This document shows positions 54,201 through 62,226 of a DNA stretch of 64,000 bases, one piece after another. Origin of the DNA: Phoronis australis. Lineage: Eukaryota; Animalia; Phoronida. Every line of letters starts with the position of its first letter. Within the stretch, counting starts at the first letter, position 1. Position numbers and translations under genes: made by a program. Under the pieces are notes generated by a model that was not told the DNA's origin, searched no databases, and saw only the letters and a list, made by a program, of their open reading frames with translations. Location of the stretch: positions 1 through 64,000 of the forward strand of contig NMRA01000352.1 in the NCBI GenBank assembly GCA_002633005.1. Reading direction: 5' to 3'.

Positions 54201-57200
54201 ACGACAAAATGTAGATGTCAGCTGACCCAGGTAGCCGATGAGTCCGTGACCCGTGTTTGGNAAGGCATCCACATGACAGAGACGCGCGCAGTCTGTTATG
54301 CTGCCTATGGATGTTTTTGTCTGGGCCACGTGATTAGCTAGTTGACGATTATTCAAAATGGTCACTTGAAGATACTCTGATCCTTTGCACAAGTTTTGCC
54401 CTTAAACAGAATATCAGGTGGTTACGTAATGTAATTTTCAACATTAAATCACTTACCAGTGACTATGCAACTGGTCTTGACTTGTTCCATATTCAGATGA
54501 CAAATGATTTTTGGTATAGCAAAGAACTGTAGCTATATCATTATTCCTGGAGACAGTGCAAGGCAAATGAACTAAATATTGCTGTGACAAGTCCCATTGA
54601 AGTGCCTTAATGAACTGACAGTTTTTCCAAGTTCACTTATTTTGACAAACAAAGGAGCAATTTGAGACTAATTTCAAGCTTTTTTAGCATAATATAGAAA
54701 GAACTGCCCATGGAATCTATATAATCTACAGGCACCAGTGAAATGGAAATAAAAAAATAATCAGATGTAGATCAAAGGAACACGTGTTACTGCGGCTGAA
54801 AAGTTGCTAAACAATCTTGAGATTGATTAAGTCAGTATGAAGTTGCTGTGGGATATGGCATGTTATATTACTCCAATCTGGCATTCATGGTTGGAGGGCC
54901 AGCTCTCTTTTGTTCGATAATTGCTCTAATCTTCAATAAGACTGTACCTAACCTGACTGGGCTGTGCTGTTAAAAATAAATTTAAAGTTAAGTTATAACA
55001 TATTTGAGCATAAACCAATAGTATTTCTGAAATCCTCGTCAAATGGTGATCATGTTTAGTTTTTGAATCGCCAAAATTGCCCAACTGCAACTGAAGTTAC
55101 GATAATCTCAAGGTACCTAAACTACACGGTAACGGACTCATAAACACGATCACGGACGCATGAACATGACTCACGTACCTGGAAACACCGTTCACTGACT
55201 CACAAACATGGGAACGGACTCACAAAACACGATCCATTCACCCAAATACATGGGACACGGACTCATATTCACGAAGAAAGACGGTTAACGGACCGCCAAA
55301 CACGGTTTACAGACAAAATGTAGATGTCAGCTGACCCAGGTAGCCGATGAGTCCGTGACCCGTGTTTGGCGGTCCATTAACCGTGTTTCTTCGTGAATGT
55401 GAGTCCGTGTCCCGTGTATTAGGGTGAATGGATCGTGTTTGTGAGTCAGTGAACAGTGTTTCCAGGTACGTGAGTCGTGTTCATGCGTCCGTGACCGTGT
55501 TTATGAGTCAGTTAACCCTGTAGTTTAGGTACCTTGAATCTATTCTTTTGGAATGTCAATTCACTCTGAGTTTGAGGGTGTTCACGCGTGGTCTGTAATA
55601 AGTCTGGTAGATAATTGGCCTGCCTGTTGTCATACCAGACAAAAGACTATGCTTGGCATTTAACAAAGAAGCTCAGAACCCCCTATGTCTGGTAAAGTCA
55701 CTGAATGGGAAAACGCTGTCATATTTGGCCTGGATGAGCCTGGCAATCTGCAATATGACCTACAAATTGTAAAGATTCTGACTTGATTACCAATCAGTGA
55801 CCCACATGAGTCACCACCTGCTGCTCAAGAGCACACAAACAGCCAAACTGAATTGCTGCTTTTGCGTATAATTATTTCCATCATCATTGTGACTGATTGG
55901 GCCAAATGAGCTTTTAATTGCTGGATCGAGTGGCACGCTTTTCTGTACTGAAGTTTCAATTTTCTATTAAAAAGACTCCGCACACTGAATGACAAAATTA
56001 TGAAAATGTCAAAAAGAGACTCCAGCACTGCTGACTGGAGTGTTTTTGAGGCTTATATGTTTTTTCTTTAAAATATACTCGCGTCGTTTTAGACAAATAT
56101 TCGTGGAAACAATAATAATACAATGCTGTGACCGCTAGGGGTCGTATCATTATAATGCTACACTACAATGAGGAAGTGTCAGAAAGCCTGTTTAGTGTTA
56201 AGTGAAACCTTCTGTGTGACCACATTTTAGTTCACAGAGCAGCATTTTCGTGAACGAGTAAATTGCACATGACACAAAACATCATCCATACCTGAGACAT
56301 CGTGGAGGGCAACAGCTTCTGTTACTGGACAAAAGCACTGTTCAGTTTCCGTCGGAGTCGTTCCGCTGCAGGTTTCACCAGCGGGTGGTGGTGGGTTATT
56401 ACACAACTTTTTGCGCGTTCTCGATCCGCAAGCCGTGCACTCTTGCTCCCACGGTCCAAATTCAGTTGACCATCCACCAGGTGGTGTTGAAGCTGAAAGA
56501 AATAGTCCTTGCAAGCAATCTTTCCCACCATTGAAGATTATCTTTTCAACTGCATCTTCACTGCAGTCCACACACAGACTTAACCTAGAACAATCTCCTG
56601 TAATGAGTTGTTGCTAGGTTTGGAGGCTATGTACTGTGGACGGTACTTTACTACAATAGTGCAACATACCTCACTTGTAACAACTTACTCCATCTTATCG
56701 ACGTGAGGTTACTTGTTCTAGCTCATAAATTGCACCACTTCTAATATCTGTGTAGCCGCAAACTGGGGCAAGGCGGAAGTAAGTACTTAGCCACTCGCCC
56801 AGTAGCCAATGCGAGTAAAAATGGTGCTAGGGGAGTAGAAGTTCACTTGCCAGTCGCCCAGGTGGCGAGTGAATTTTCAGAGCGCAAAAGCACTCTATTG
56901 TTTCACATATGAAAATGAATAAATTTTCTCTCTATGCTGTTTTCATCATGAATTTAAGGTTTAAGTTTGGTACGCGTGTCGATGCTCTGGCAATAGAAAA
57001 AATCGGTGCAGTGCGCTCCTACCGAGTCAGTAGATGTTAACCGGTATGCGATACGTCTAGACAAAAGGTCACAGTGAGTGCGACGTGTGGTGGGTCCTGA
57101 ACATTCTCTGCATTTTGTAACAAAGAAAAGTATGTCAACGTTTTGGAGACATGCGCACGCGCCGTTTCCTAAAGTATTACGACATTTCTCGGGAGAAGAT

Positions 57201-60200
57201 GACAGCAAAATTTGTTCTGAAATTTGATTTGCTGGTATTAAAATATTAAAAAACTTGAAGTGAAACCAATTCCGATAATTTGTAGTGATGTATACGCAAC
57301 CTTGTGAAAGACTGACAGTTGATTGAAGAATCGGCTAACAAAGAAACTGGCCAATGGGTGACGCAATGTTTCATGCCACCGAAAGCCAACACAAAGATAG
57401 TGCCACAATTTTAGCAGCAGAATAATGGTAGAACGACAATTATTCCAACAACGGCAGATAATTTAGTGTACTCAAGGAAGAGTGTAGTTTTTAACGACAC
57501 TAATTTTGTGTCAGATTTTATCTGGTCAGTCTTTTACCCACATCAGCACACAGCTGTAAATTAGTATATAGCTTTGTGTCAAGGCTACGTCTTGCATTGC
57601 TGGGAATTCATCAACGTTCGGAAAGTTTCTTGGTAGGAATTCTGCATTTTCTAAAAACGATACTAGCCCTTGGCTAATAGATGGTGACATCAATGCACAA
57701 AACGATCATTTTTACTGACGTTGGCAGTAAGTTTGAGGTGACCAACGCAAAACGGCCGGGCGACTGCACTTTGAGCTGGGCGAGTAGATTTTCTGGCTCA
57801 CTCGTCCAGCTGATGAGCGGGGTTTTGAAACCTGGGTATATCACTGAGTAGCTCAGTGGTTACATTCATATCTGTTGGTCTTGTCAATCACAGAGCCTCA
57901 AAGAGATAATTAGCAAGAGCCCTAGCTATCCCATGAAATAGATTATAGTATTTATCACCCCAGCAATTCCAAGTGCTCATTACCTTCACATTCCAGGCGC
58001 GCTTTGTCCCAGCTACATATTTCGGTATTTGAGTCACAACTGCACTTGATGACTTCGTGTCCAGTTTTCTTTACATACCCTGGTTTGCAGGTATATGTGA
58101 GGCTCTGCTCGTGACCCATGAGCCCTGTTCTGGTGGTAGACGAATGAGTACCAGGGTCCGAGCAGATACCTACAGTAGTCACAGAACAATCAATTTTACT
58201 ACGTGATTTCATTATACAATGTCAGTGTGCATGCATTACACTTTTATGATGTAAAGTGAGAAGATGAGGCAGTCGGTGTGGCATGGTTGAGTGTCCACAT
58301 CTTGTTTGGAAGGTTATGGGTTCAAGTCCCACTGCTAGATAAAGGACTTGAAATGACCAACCACAAAAAAAGAAAATTTTCCAGGTGACACATCGTTCTA
58401 CAAATAGGCTAACATGATAGAAATATTTTTAAGTTTACATAAAATTTAATTTCAAGAAATGTTTTTGCATAAATAAAGTTAAAATAATGATAAAAGAGAC
58501 GAAAAGAGAAAGTAAACTGGAAATCAAAAATGAGGATCGAAATACTCTTAAAAGAGGAAATTAAGCCTTGTAGATCCTTGAGTCAGGTCTTTAATTCCTC
58601 AGCTTGGTCTCAAATGTGCAAACCAGCACAATTATCAGCAAGACACCGGCTGAGGCCAATCACGTTACTCAACTGAATAAAGTTAAAACAGTCTTGTCAA
58701 TTTCATCTGCAATCTTCTGTAACGTTCCAGGAGCCTCACCTGTTGATTAGAAGGTGTGTTCGACCAGCGTAGTTCAATCAAGTTCACCATTAGGACCAGC
58801 GAATACTACATCGGAGAATTTAGCCACAAGTCTCTGAACCAAAACAGTCTGCTGTGCAGTCAATCGCTCACTTGCATCGCAATGGGCTCCACATGAAGCA
58901 GCATGATATATTTCCTCGAAAATTGTCCGTGACTGCTATAGGTGCTTGTTTGACTCATTCCTGATTCCTCTCAGTCAAGTCAAGTCAAGTCAAGTCAAGT
59001 CAAGTCACATTATTTTATTTATAGTCGGTTTGTCAAACAACGACTGAGAAAACTGGCACGCCGACCCCATAGGCCCTATGGGCCATAGGGCATAGTGCGG
59101 GCCGGTGTGAAAGTAACATAGCCGTAGCCTACACAATACTCAATAGGTAGTGTGGAGGTCCCCATGTCTGGTTTCCACCATGGAATCTTCGTATGGACAG
59201 TCTTTACTTTTAGTTTGCGTGGTCTCCTAGAAGGGGGTGAGCATGTCCACTTTAGTACAGGCACATCATCACTCGCCCTTTACCTAGTGCTGCCTAGCAG
59301 CACGCAGGAACCAGCGAGCACTTAAGACCAGTCGCCAACCGACTAGAGCGTCGTCTTTCGTGAAAATGTAGTTTAAGGCTCTTGCTGCTTGCCAACGCCG
59401 GTCAACAGGTGTTTTCCACATGTCAGCAATATCGTCATGGTCAACAGGCATGAATTTACTTGAATGGATTGGGCCTGTAGGCAAACCGTCAAACATTCGT
59501 GCTAATCACTACTGAATTAATTGCAGGGTTCGTAGAATATGACAAAAACAAGTAGAAAATGAAGTGACACCTTACACGACAAAGTTTCACTAAGTTTGGA
59601 CTACCCGGTTAAAGATGGATATGATTTATCGCTTTCAGTTGGTGGAACAAAACTAGGGACGCTGAACGGTAACTTCACTCGAAATAGAGTCAAACTTTTC
59701 TAAATTTACAGTGACACGTTCAAGGGCCACGTACAGACACCAATGTAGGTCTACAGGCGAGGTTTTTGTTGTCATCGTTGTCGTTATCCCGTACCGTAGG
59801 GCGAGGTTAATGTTGTTCTTGGAGTCGCGTTTTTTCTTGTGAACCTCGTCAATATCTTCCGATTCCCGCGTGTGCTTTGCATTTTAGCAAATTTCAACCG
59901 TCTAAAAATTCCCTGTCCTGAGATTGTCCAAGCCGTAAATCGAAACGTTCAAAAGCGTTCATCGGATTTTCGGGTCAACTAAATTGCCAATCAAGGCGCT
60001 ATCACAAAGCACACATTCCTCACCGTGAGCCTTTTTTGTTTGGTTCTTAATATTATCTCACTGCCAGTTTTTTTCGTCATCATGAAATGAATGGCGAACG
60101 GGCCATGATAACGCCGGGAATGACTGAAGCAAATCGCGGCCAGTATGAAGGCGTTGTGTGTTGAAAGACGTGCACGTTGAATGTTGTTCGTTTGTCCAAG

Positions 60201-62226
60201 GCTCTAATTTGGCAAGACCACTAGTTTCTGAGCGCCTGCGCCTGTGAAAAAGTCCAAGTGGAATCCACGTGCCATCAATTGACTGCAAACAGTTCCGTCG
60301 CTGAACGTGATGCCAAAGGAAACTGCTAGTCTAGTAGTTTGTCAGGGATCCTCCTTCTGGTGGCCGCTCGAGACCCGAGAACAGTCCGATAAATATGTGT
60401 AGGCCTGGTGTCACTATATCTTTGGGGTAGCTTCCAGATAGTTGGGTACCCATCGTGTTTTCACCAAAACTTTTAGTGAAAAGATCACTTTAGGTCTGCA
60501 CACGTAACCCGTTTAAGGTATGATTGAGTGTAGGGGCATTTTTATGCTGAGGCGCTTCACGGCTACTGACTGTGCTAGTCCACTTTAAGTTTCTGGATAA
60601 CTTTTAATTAGTATTGCCAAAATTTACTGGAAAAGGAACTCGAAACTAATATTTTAAGAAGCTAAAGTAATTTGTAGCTAAATAATTCAGTCATTAGAAT
60701 GCGCTGTATTGTAAACTGTACGTGATGCTGGTGCTATCGACGACGATAATCATAATTAAACCAATCAATGAAATAGGCCGCTTCTGTGGCCAACCAACAC
60801 ATCAATATACGTGTCAGATAGGGTTTTTTACGTGCTTATGCAATTTGCAAACTGACGTGACATACCTGCACAGTAGTAAACAATCTTTGCGTATTTTGAT
60901 ATTCCTGGGCAGGGGTCGGGGTTGAAAAAGGTAGGTCCGACTACGAAACTGCATTGTTTTTTCCCATTGCACTCGGATACCATTTTGTCGTACGCCGATG
61001 GTAGCTTGCAATTGGTGTCACTTGTATCACCAGTGTCACAGTAGACTGTCGAACCACCCCACCGTGATTGCTGCGGTTGCCCTCGACCGTAGAACGAGTC
61101 AGATTGGATGGAAACATACTGTAAATTGGGCTTGTTCTTGACGTCATTGTCTTGTGTGCAGTCCACAGAAAATGTCTCCCCATCGCATTTCACAGCATCC
61201 CTCCGAGAACAGCCATCTGAATGAGACAGTTCAGAGTTAATTGGTGGCATCATTCATTTCTAATTAACGAGCTTTGTTGGAAAACATTTGAAGCGAGTAT
61301 GTACCGGCTTCTCTGAAACTCCCAAAACCATTGACAGTAGTGGATCTACCATTTCATGATTGCTAATATGAGGCTCCAAGTAGAAGTTCCAAAAAACGAA
61401 TTATCCCAAGGCAATAAGAGACAAGCCCCGGGAGACCTGCGAGGGCTGGGTCCCGAACCGATTTCCATTCATTCATTACTTTGTTTTGACTGCACTTGTT
61501 AGCTGGTCTGCTAGCCCTCTTTGGGGGTAAGGTTGGTGCTCTTATGTGTATTTAGCCTACAGTATTTCATTTTCTTGGCTACTTAAACCTCGGCCCGGGG
61601 TTTAGTGTACTAAAAAACTCGACTCGAAAATTAACCAATCGCATAGCACGCTTCGAGTGAACAAAAAATGTGTACTCGAATAGTGCTGCACGATTGGTTC
61701 AATTTCGACCCTGTGTCTGCTTCGACTGACTCAGTTCGAAGCTTATACCCCCTGAACCTGTAAACATTGTTGTAGCCTCCCCTGATTTCGTTCTTTCACT
61801 GTCGAACATGGACGCCAAGTGCTTTAAAAGGGTATAGAAATCTTTGGTACCTTGCGGTCTTTCACCATACTTGCTTTGCCACATTCTGAAGTCGCCATTT
61901 TTAGTATGATTTGTCCTATTACAAATCTATCATTGTGTATTTGTAAGTTAGACATTAGGGTTCAACCACTGGAATGGCCGCTTTTCTACCCGTTTGATTG
62001 TATAAAACGATTTGCGATATAAGGAAATTCTTCTATTTCTGGATATAATAGGTTTTAAAATATAGATGCAACTGAAATCAGACGCTGTTAATTACATGTG
62101 AAGATAACACTGGTGTTATTTGCTGACAAGGGAAACTGCTAAACCATTTAAAATACAAAGAAACTTACCCACAAGAGTAATGCCTAACAGTAGAAAAACT
62201 AATGCCAGTAATCCCTTTCTTCCCAT
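8970..62226 (-). CDS. Multi-exon gene (33 exons, ~2122 aa) for a type I transmembrane multi-lectin/sushi mosaic protein: SP-SUEL-CCP-TSP1-PAN-kringle-CTL-CCP-F5/8C-CCP2-F5/8C-CCP-FTP-CCP3-SUEL-CCP8-TM
   Basis: Every exon below is open and bounded by AG/GT on the minus strand. Phases chain from ATG (62224-62226) to TAG (8970-8972), and exon lengths sum to 6369 nt when the redundant 34201-38957 copy is skipped. No transcript evidence is available. Confidence 0.85.
10255..12149 (-). mobile_element. Degenerate Penelope-like element remnant, present twice across an N join
   Basis: Minus-strand terminal motif CTTTAGAAATG-cttttgtgataaaag-CGAAACGTT at ~10261-10295; decayed coding-like sequence; 10380-11237 repeats at 11292-12149. 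Confidence 0.45.
12628..12804 (-). CDS. Exon 32: CCP/sushi domain
   Basis: [29 protein letters not shown]; 177 nt. Confidence 0.9.
13978..14157 (-). CDS. Exon 31: CCP/sushi domain
   Basis: [26 protein letters not shown]; 180 nt. Confidence 0.9.
14434..14610 (-). CDS. Exon 30: CCP/sushi domain with six cysteines (not in the ORF track)
   Basis: [49 protein letters not shown]; 177 nt. Confidence 0.9.
15879..16055 (-). CDS. Exon 29: CCP/sushi domain
   Basis: [29 protein letters not shown]; 177 nt. Confidence 0.9.
16348..16530 (-). CDS. Exon 28: CCP/sushi domain
   Basis: [30 protein letters not shown]; 183 nt. Confidence 0.9.
17200..17382 (-). CDS. Exon 27: CCP/sushi domain
   Basis: [35 protein letters not shown]; 183 nt. 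Confidence 0.9.
18977..19150 (-). CDS. Exon 26: CCP/sushi domain
   Basis: [31 protein letters not shown]; 174 nt. Confidence 0.9.
19230..19645 (+). mobile_element. Penelope-like GIY-YIG endonuclease C-terminal remnant
   Basis: SEH..SNIYKHL..HPEC..NFSIL..YRLKL, then IHWIKP in a shifted frame. Confidence 0.6.
20559..20735 (-). CDS. Exon 25: CCP/sushi domain
   Basis: [35 protein letters not shown]; weak donor GTGCCA. Confidence 0.88.
21108..22084 (+). mobile_element. Penelope-like retroelement fragment with an inverted copy of its 3' end
   Basis: Frameshifted [61 protein letters not shown]; 21108-21317 is the imperfect reverse complement of 21873-22084. Confidence 0.85.
22251..22562 (-). CDS. 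Exon 24: SUEL lectin domain 2, degenerate (frame not in the ORF track)
   Basis: [48 protein letters not shown], eight-Cys SUEL spacing; 312 nt, phase 1-1. Confidence 0.85.
22990..23166 (-). CDS. Exon 23: CCP/sushi domain
   Basis: [31 protein letters not shown]; 177 nt. Confidence 0.9.
23625..23801 (-). CDS. Exon 22: CCP/sushi domain
   Basis: [25 protein letters not shown]; 177 nt, phase 1-1. Confidence 0.9.
24322..24498 (-). CDS. Exon 21: CCP/sushi domain (not in the ORF track)
   Basis: [48 protein letters not shown]; 177 nt. Confidence 0.9.
25471..25692 (-). CDS. Exon 20: F-type lectin domain, part b
   Basis: [26 protein letters not shown]; phase 1-1. Confidence 0.9.
26100..26597. repeat. 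Pyrimidine-rich (C/T) low-complexity tract with an internal direct repeat
   Basis: Almost no G over ~500 bp; ctccatcctccctgccaccctc...caacatctaccctccagtt occurs twice (from ~26371 and ~26466). Confidence 0.85.
27107..27307 (-). CDS. Exon 19: F-type lectin (FTP/fucolectin) domain, part a
   Basis: [34 protein letters not shown]; phase 1-1. Confidence 0.9.
27875..28060 (-). CDS. Exon 18: CCP/sushi domain (paralog of exon 13)
   Basis: [33 protein letters not shown]; phase 1-1. Confidence 0.88.
28620..29050 (-). mobile_element. Decayed Penelope-like GIY-YIG remnant (paralogous copies at ~35470-35890 and ~40240-40655)
   Basis: [21 protein letters not shown] and [10 protein letters not shown] resemble the WFxRGVKEAI..PTLN and GETKQxL..EH motifs. 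Confidence 0.65.
29154..29283 (-). CDS. Exon 17: F5/8C domain 2, part c
   Basis: Paralog of exon 12 ([16 protein letters not shown]); phase 0-1. Confidence 0.87.
29690..29821. repeat. 26-bp minisatellite, 5 copies (3 copies at ~36450-36528 and ~41217-41295)
   Basis: Unit atggtatcaataacatgatcaatttg. Confidence 0.9.
30754..30855 (-). CDS. Exon 16: F5/8C domain 2, part b
   Basis: Paralog of exon 11; phase 0-0. Confidence 0.87.
31766..31974 (-). CDS. Exon 15: F5/8C domain 2, part a
   Basis: Paralog of exon 10 ([20 protein letters not shown]); phase 1-0. Confidence 0.88.
33421..33525 (-). pseudogene. Dead half-exon: 3' half of a copy of exon 9 at the duplication breakpoint
   Basis: Matches 46372-46468 including the donor; homology stops at gagtt (~33521-33525); the exon's 5' half and acceptor are missing. 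Confidence 0.8.
33600..33776 (-). CDS. Exon 14: CCP/sushi domain (paralog of exon 22)
   Basis: [47 protein letters not shown]; 177 nt, phase 1-1. Confidence 0.85.
34736..34921 (-). other. Second copy of exon 13 CCP (probable allelic duplicate)
   Basis: Near-identical to 39504-39689, including flanking introns. Confidence 0.65.
35984..36113 (-). other. Second copy of exon 12 (probable allelic duplicate)
   Basis: Near-identical to 40749-40878 (GSKC versus GRKC). Confidence 0.65.
36787..37769. mobile_element. PIF/Harbinger-like non-autonomous element with TAA target-site duplication
   Basis: TAA|GGGCTGTTCCAGCAAAA ... TTTTGCTGGAACAGCCC|TAA; empty site in the paralogous intron near 30074. Confidence 0.85.
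38209..38310 (-). other. Second copy of exon 11 (probable allelic duplicate)
   Basis: Same peptide as 42996-43097; its phase-0 start cannot follow phase-1 exon 13; lies beside the N at 38958. Confidence 0.65.
39504..39689 (-). CDS. Exon 13: CCP/sushi domain
   Basis: [35 protein letters not shown]; 186 nt, phase 1-1. Confidence 0.85.
40749..40878 (-). CDS. Exon 12: F5/8C domain 1, part c
   Basis: [43 protein letters not shown]; phase 0-1. Confidence 0.85.
41568..42556. mobile_element. Same PIF/Harbinger-like element in the duplicate segment
   Basis: Same TIRs and TAA flanks at the equivalent position. Confidence 0.85.
42996..43097 (-). CDS. Exon 11: F5/8C domain 1, part b
   Basis: [23 protein letters not shown]; 102 nt, phase 0-0. 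Confidence 0.85.
44645..44853 (-). CDS. Exon 10: F5/8 type C (discoidin) domain 1, part a
   Basis: [28 protein letters not shown]; phase 1-0. Confidence 0.88.
46372..46566 (-). CDS. Exon 9: CCP/sushi domain
   Basis: [48 protein letters not shown]; 195 nt, phase 1-1. Confidence 0.9.
48397..48656 (-). CDS. Exon 8: C-type lectin domain, C-terminal half
   Basis: [30 protein letters not shown]; phase 2-1, matching exon 7. Confidence 0.9.
49576..49909. mobile_element. Foldback/MITE element with four internal palindromic units
   Basis: ~80 bp inverted arms enclosing CTATATTAATATAG at 49661, 49713, 49764 and 49817. Confidence 0.75.
50561..50670. repeat. (CAT/CAC)n degenerate microsatellite
   Basis: Directly visible; source of the poly-His ORF. 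Confidence 0.9.
51543..51726 (-). CDS. Exon 7: C-type lectin domain, N-terminal half
   Basis: [36 protein letters not shown]; phase 1-2. Confidence 0.9.
51913..52111. mobile_element. Short palindromic MITE
   Basis: caatagaccgtattcac ... gtgaatacggtgtattg ends, with imperfect complementarity continuing inward for about 60 bp. Confidence 0.7.
52528..52770 (-). CDS. Exon 6: kringle domain (not in the ORF track)
   Basis: Hand translation [67 protein letters not shown]; 243 nt, phase 1-1. Confidence 0.95.
52962..53234 (-). CDS. Exon 5: PAN/apple domain
   Basis: [20 protein letters not shown]....TCVYN (C-x3-C-x5-C pattern); 273 nt, phase 1-1. Confidence 0.9.
54262..54400 (-). other. Redundant partial copy of the PAN exon, cut at a single-N join (probable haplotype duplicate)
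   Basis: Same translation as the start of exon 5; ends at N 54261; part of duplication 53096-54260 / 54262-55369. Confidence 0.75.
55109..55536. mobile_element. 428-bp foldback MITE with 5-bp TSD AATCT, nested in another MITE
   Basis: AATCT|CAAGGTACCTAAACTAC...GTAGTTTAGGTACCTTG|AATCT with ~180-195 bp inverted arms; truncated duplicate at 54001-54260. Confidence 0.9.
56292..56492 (-). CDS. Exon 4: thrombospondin type-1 repeat
   Basis: [39 protein letters not shown]; 201 nt, phase 1-1. Confidence 0.88.
57984..58169 (-). CDS. Exon 3: CCP/sushi domain
   Basis: [35 protein letters not shown]; 186 nt, phase 1-1. Confidence 0.88.
58268..58336 (+). mobile_element. Possible tRNA-derived SINE head
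   Basis: A-box-like TGGCATGGTTG (~58279) and B-box GGTTCAAGTCC (58319-58329) at tRNA-like spacing; no full cloverleaf. Confidence 0.4.
58973..59100 (-). mobile_element. Possible 3' end of a non-LTR element with a (TTGAC)n tail
   Basis: Minus strand reads ...AATAAAATAATG followed by about seven TTGAC units; 5' extent unclear. Confidence 0.4.
60866..61216 (-). CDS. Exon 2: SUEL / rhamnose-galactose-binding lectin domain 1
   Basis: [30 protein letters not shown]; 351 nt, phase 1-1. Confidence 0.92.
62169..62226 (-). CDS. Exon 1: signal peptide
   Basis: [19 protein letters not shown] (basic N-region plus hydrophobic core); GTAAG donor, phase 1, matching exon 2. Confidence 0.85.

Noticed and set aside
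54177-54400. Second PAN domain
   Set aside because: Truncated at N 54261; the ORF continues into MITE sequence.
56760-57835. hAT-like element suggested by repeated actcgccc/ggcgagt motifs at both ends
   Set aside because: Could not define matching terminal inverted repeats or an 8-bp TSD.
58268-58336. Functional tRNA gene
   Set aside because: A/B-box-like motifs are present but no convincing D and anticodon stems; kept only as a possible SINE head.
8970-62226. Assigning SVEP1, CSMD or selectin gene symbols
   Set aside because: No vWA, EGF, pentraxin or CUB domains; the similarity would come only from generic CCP repeats.
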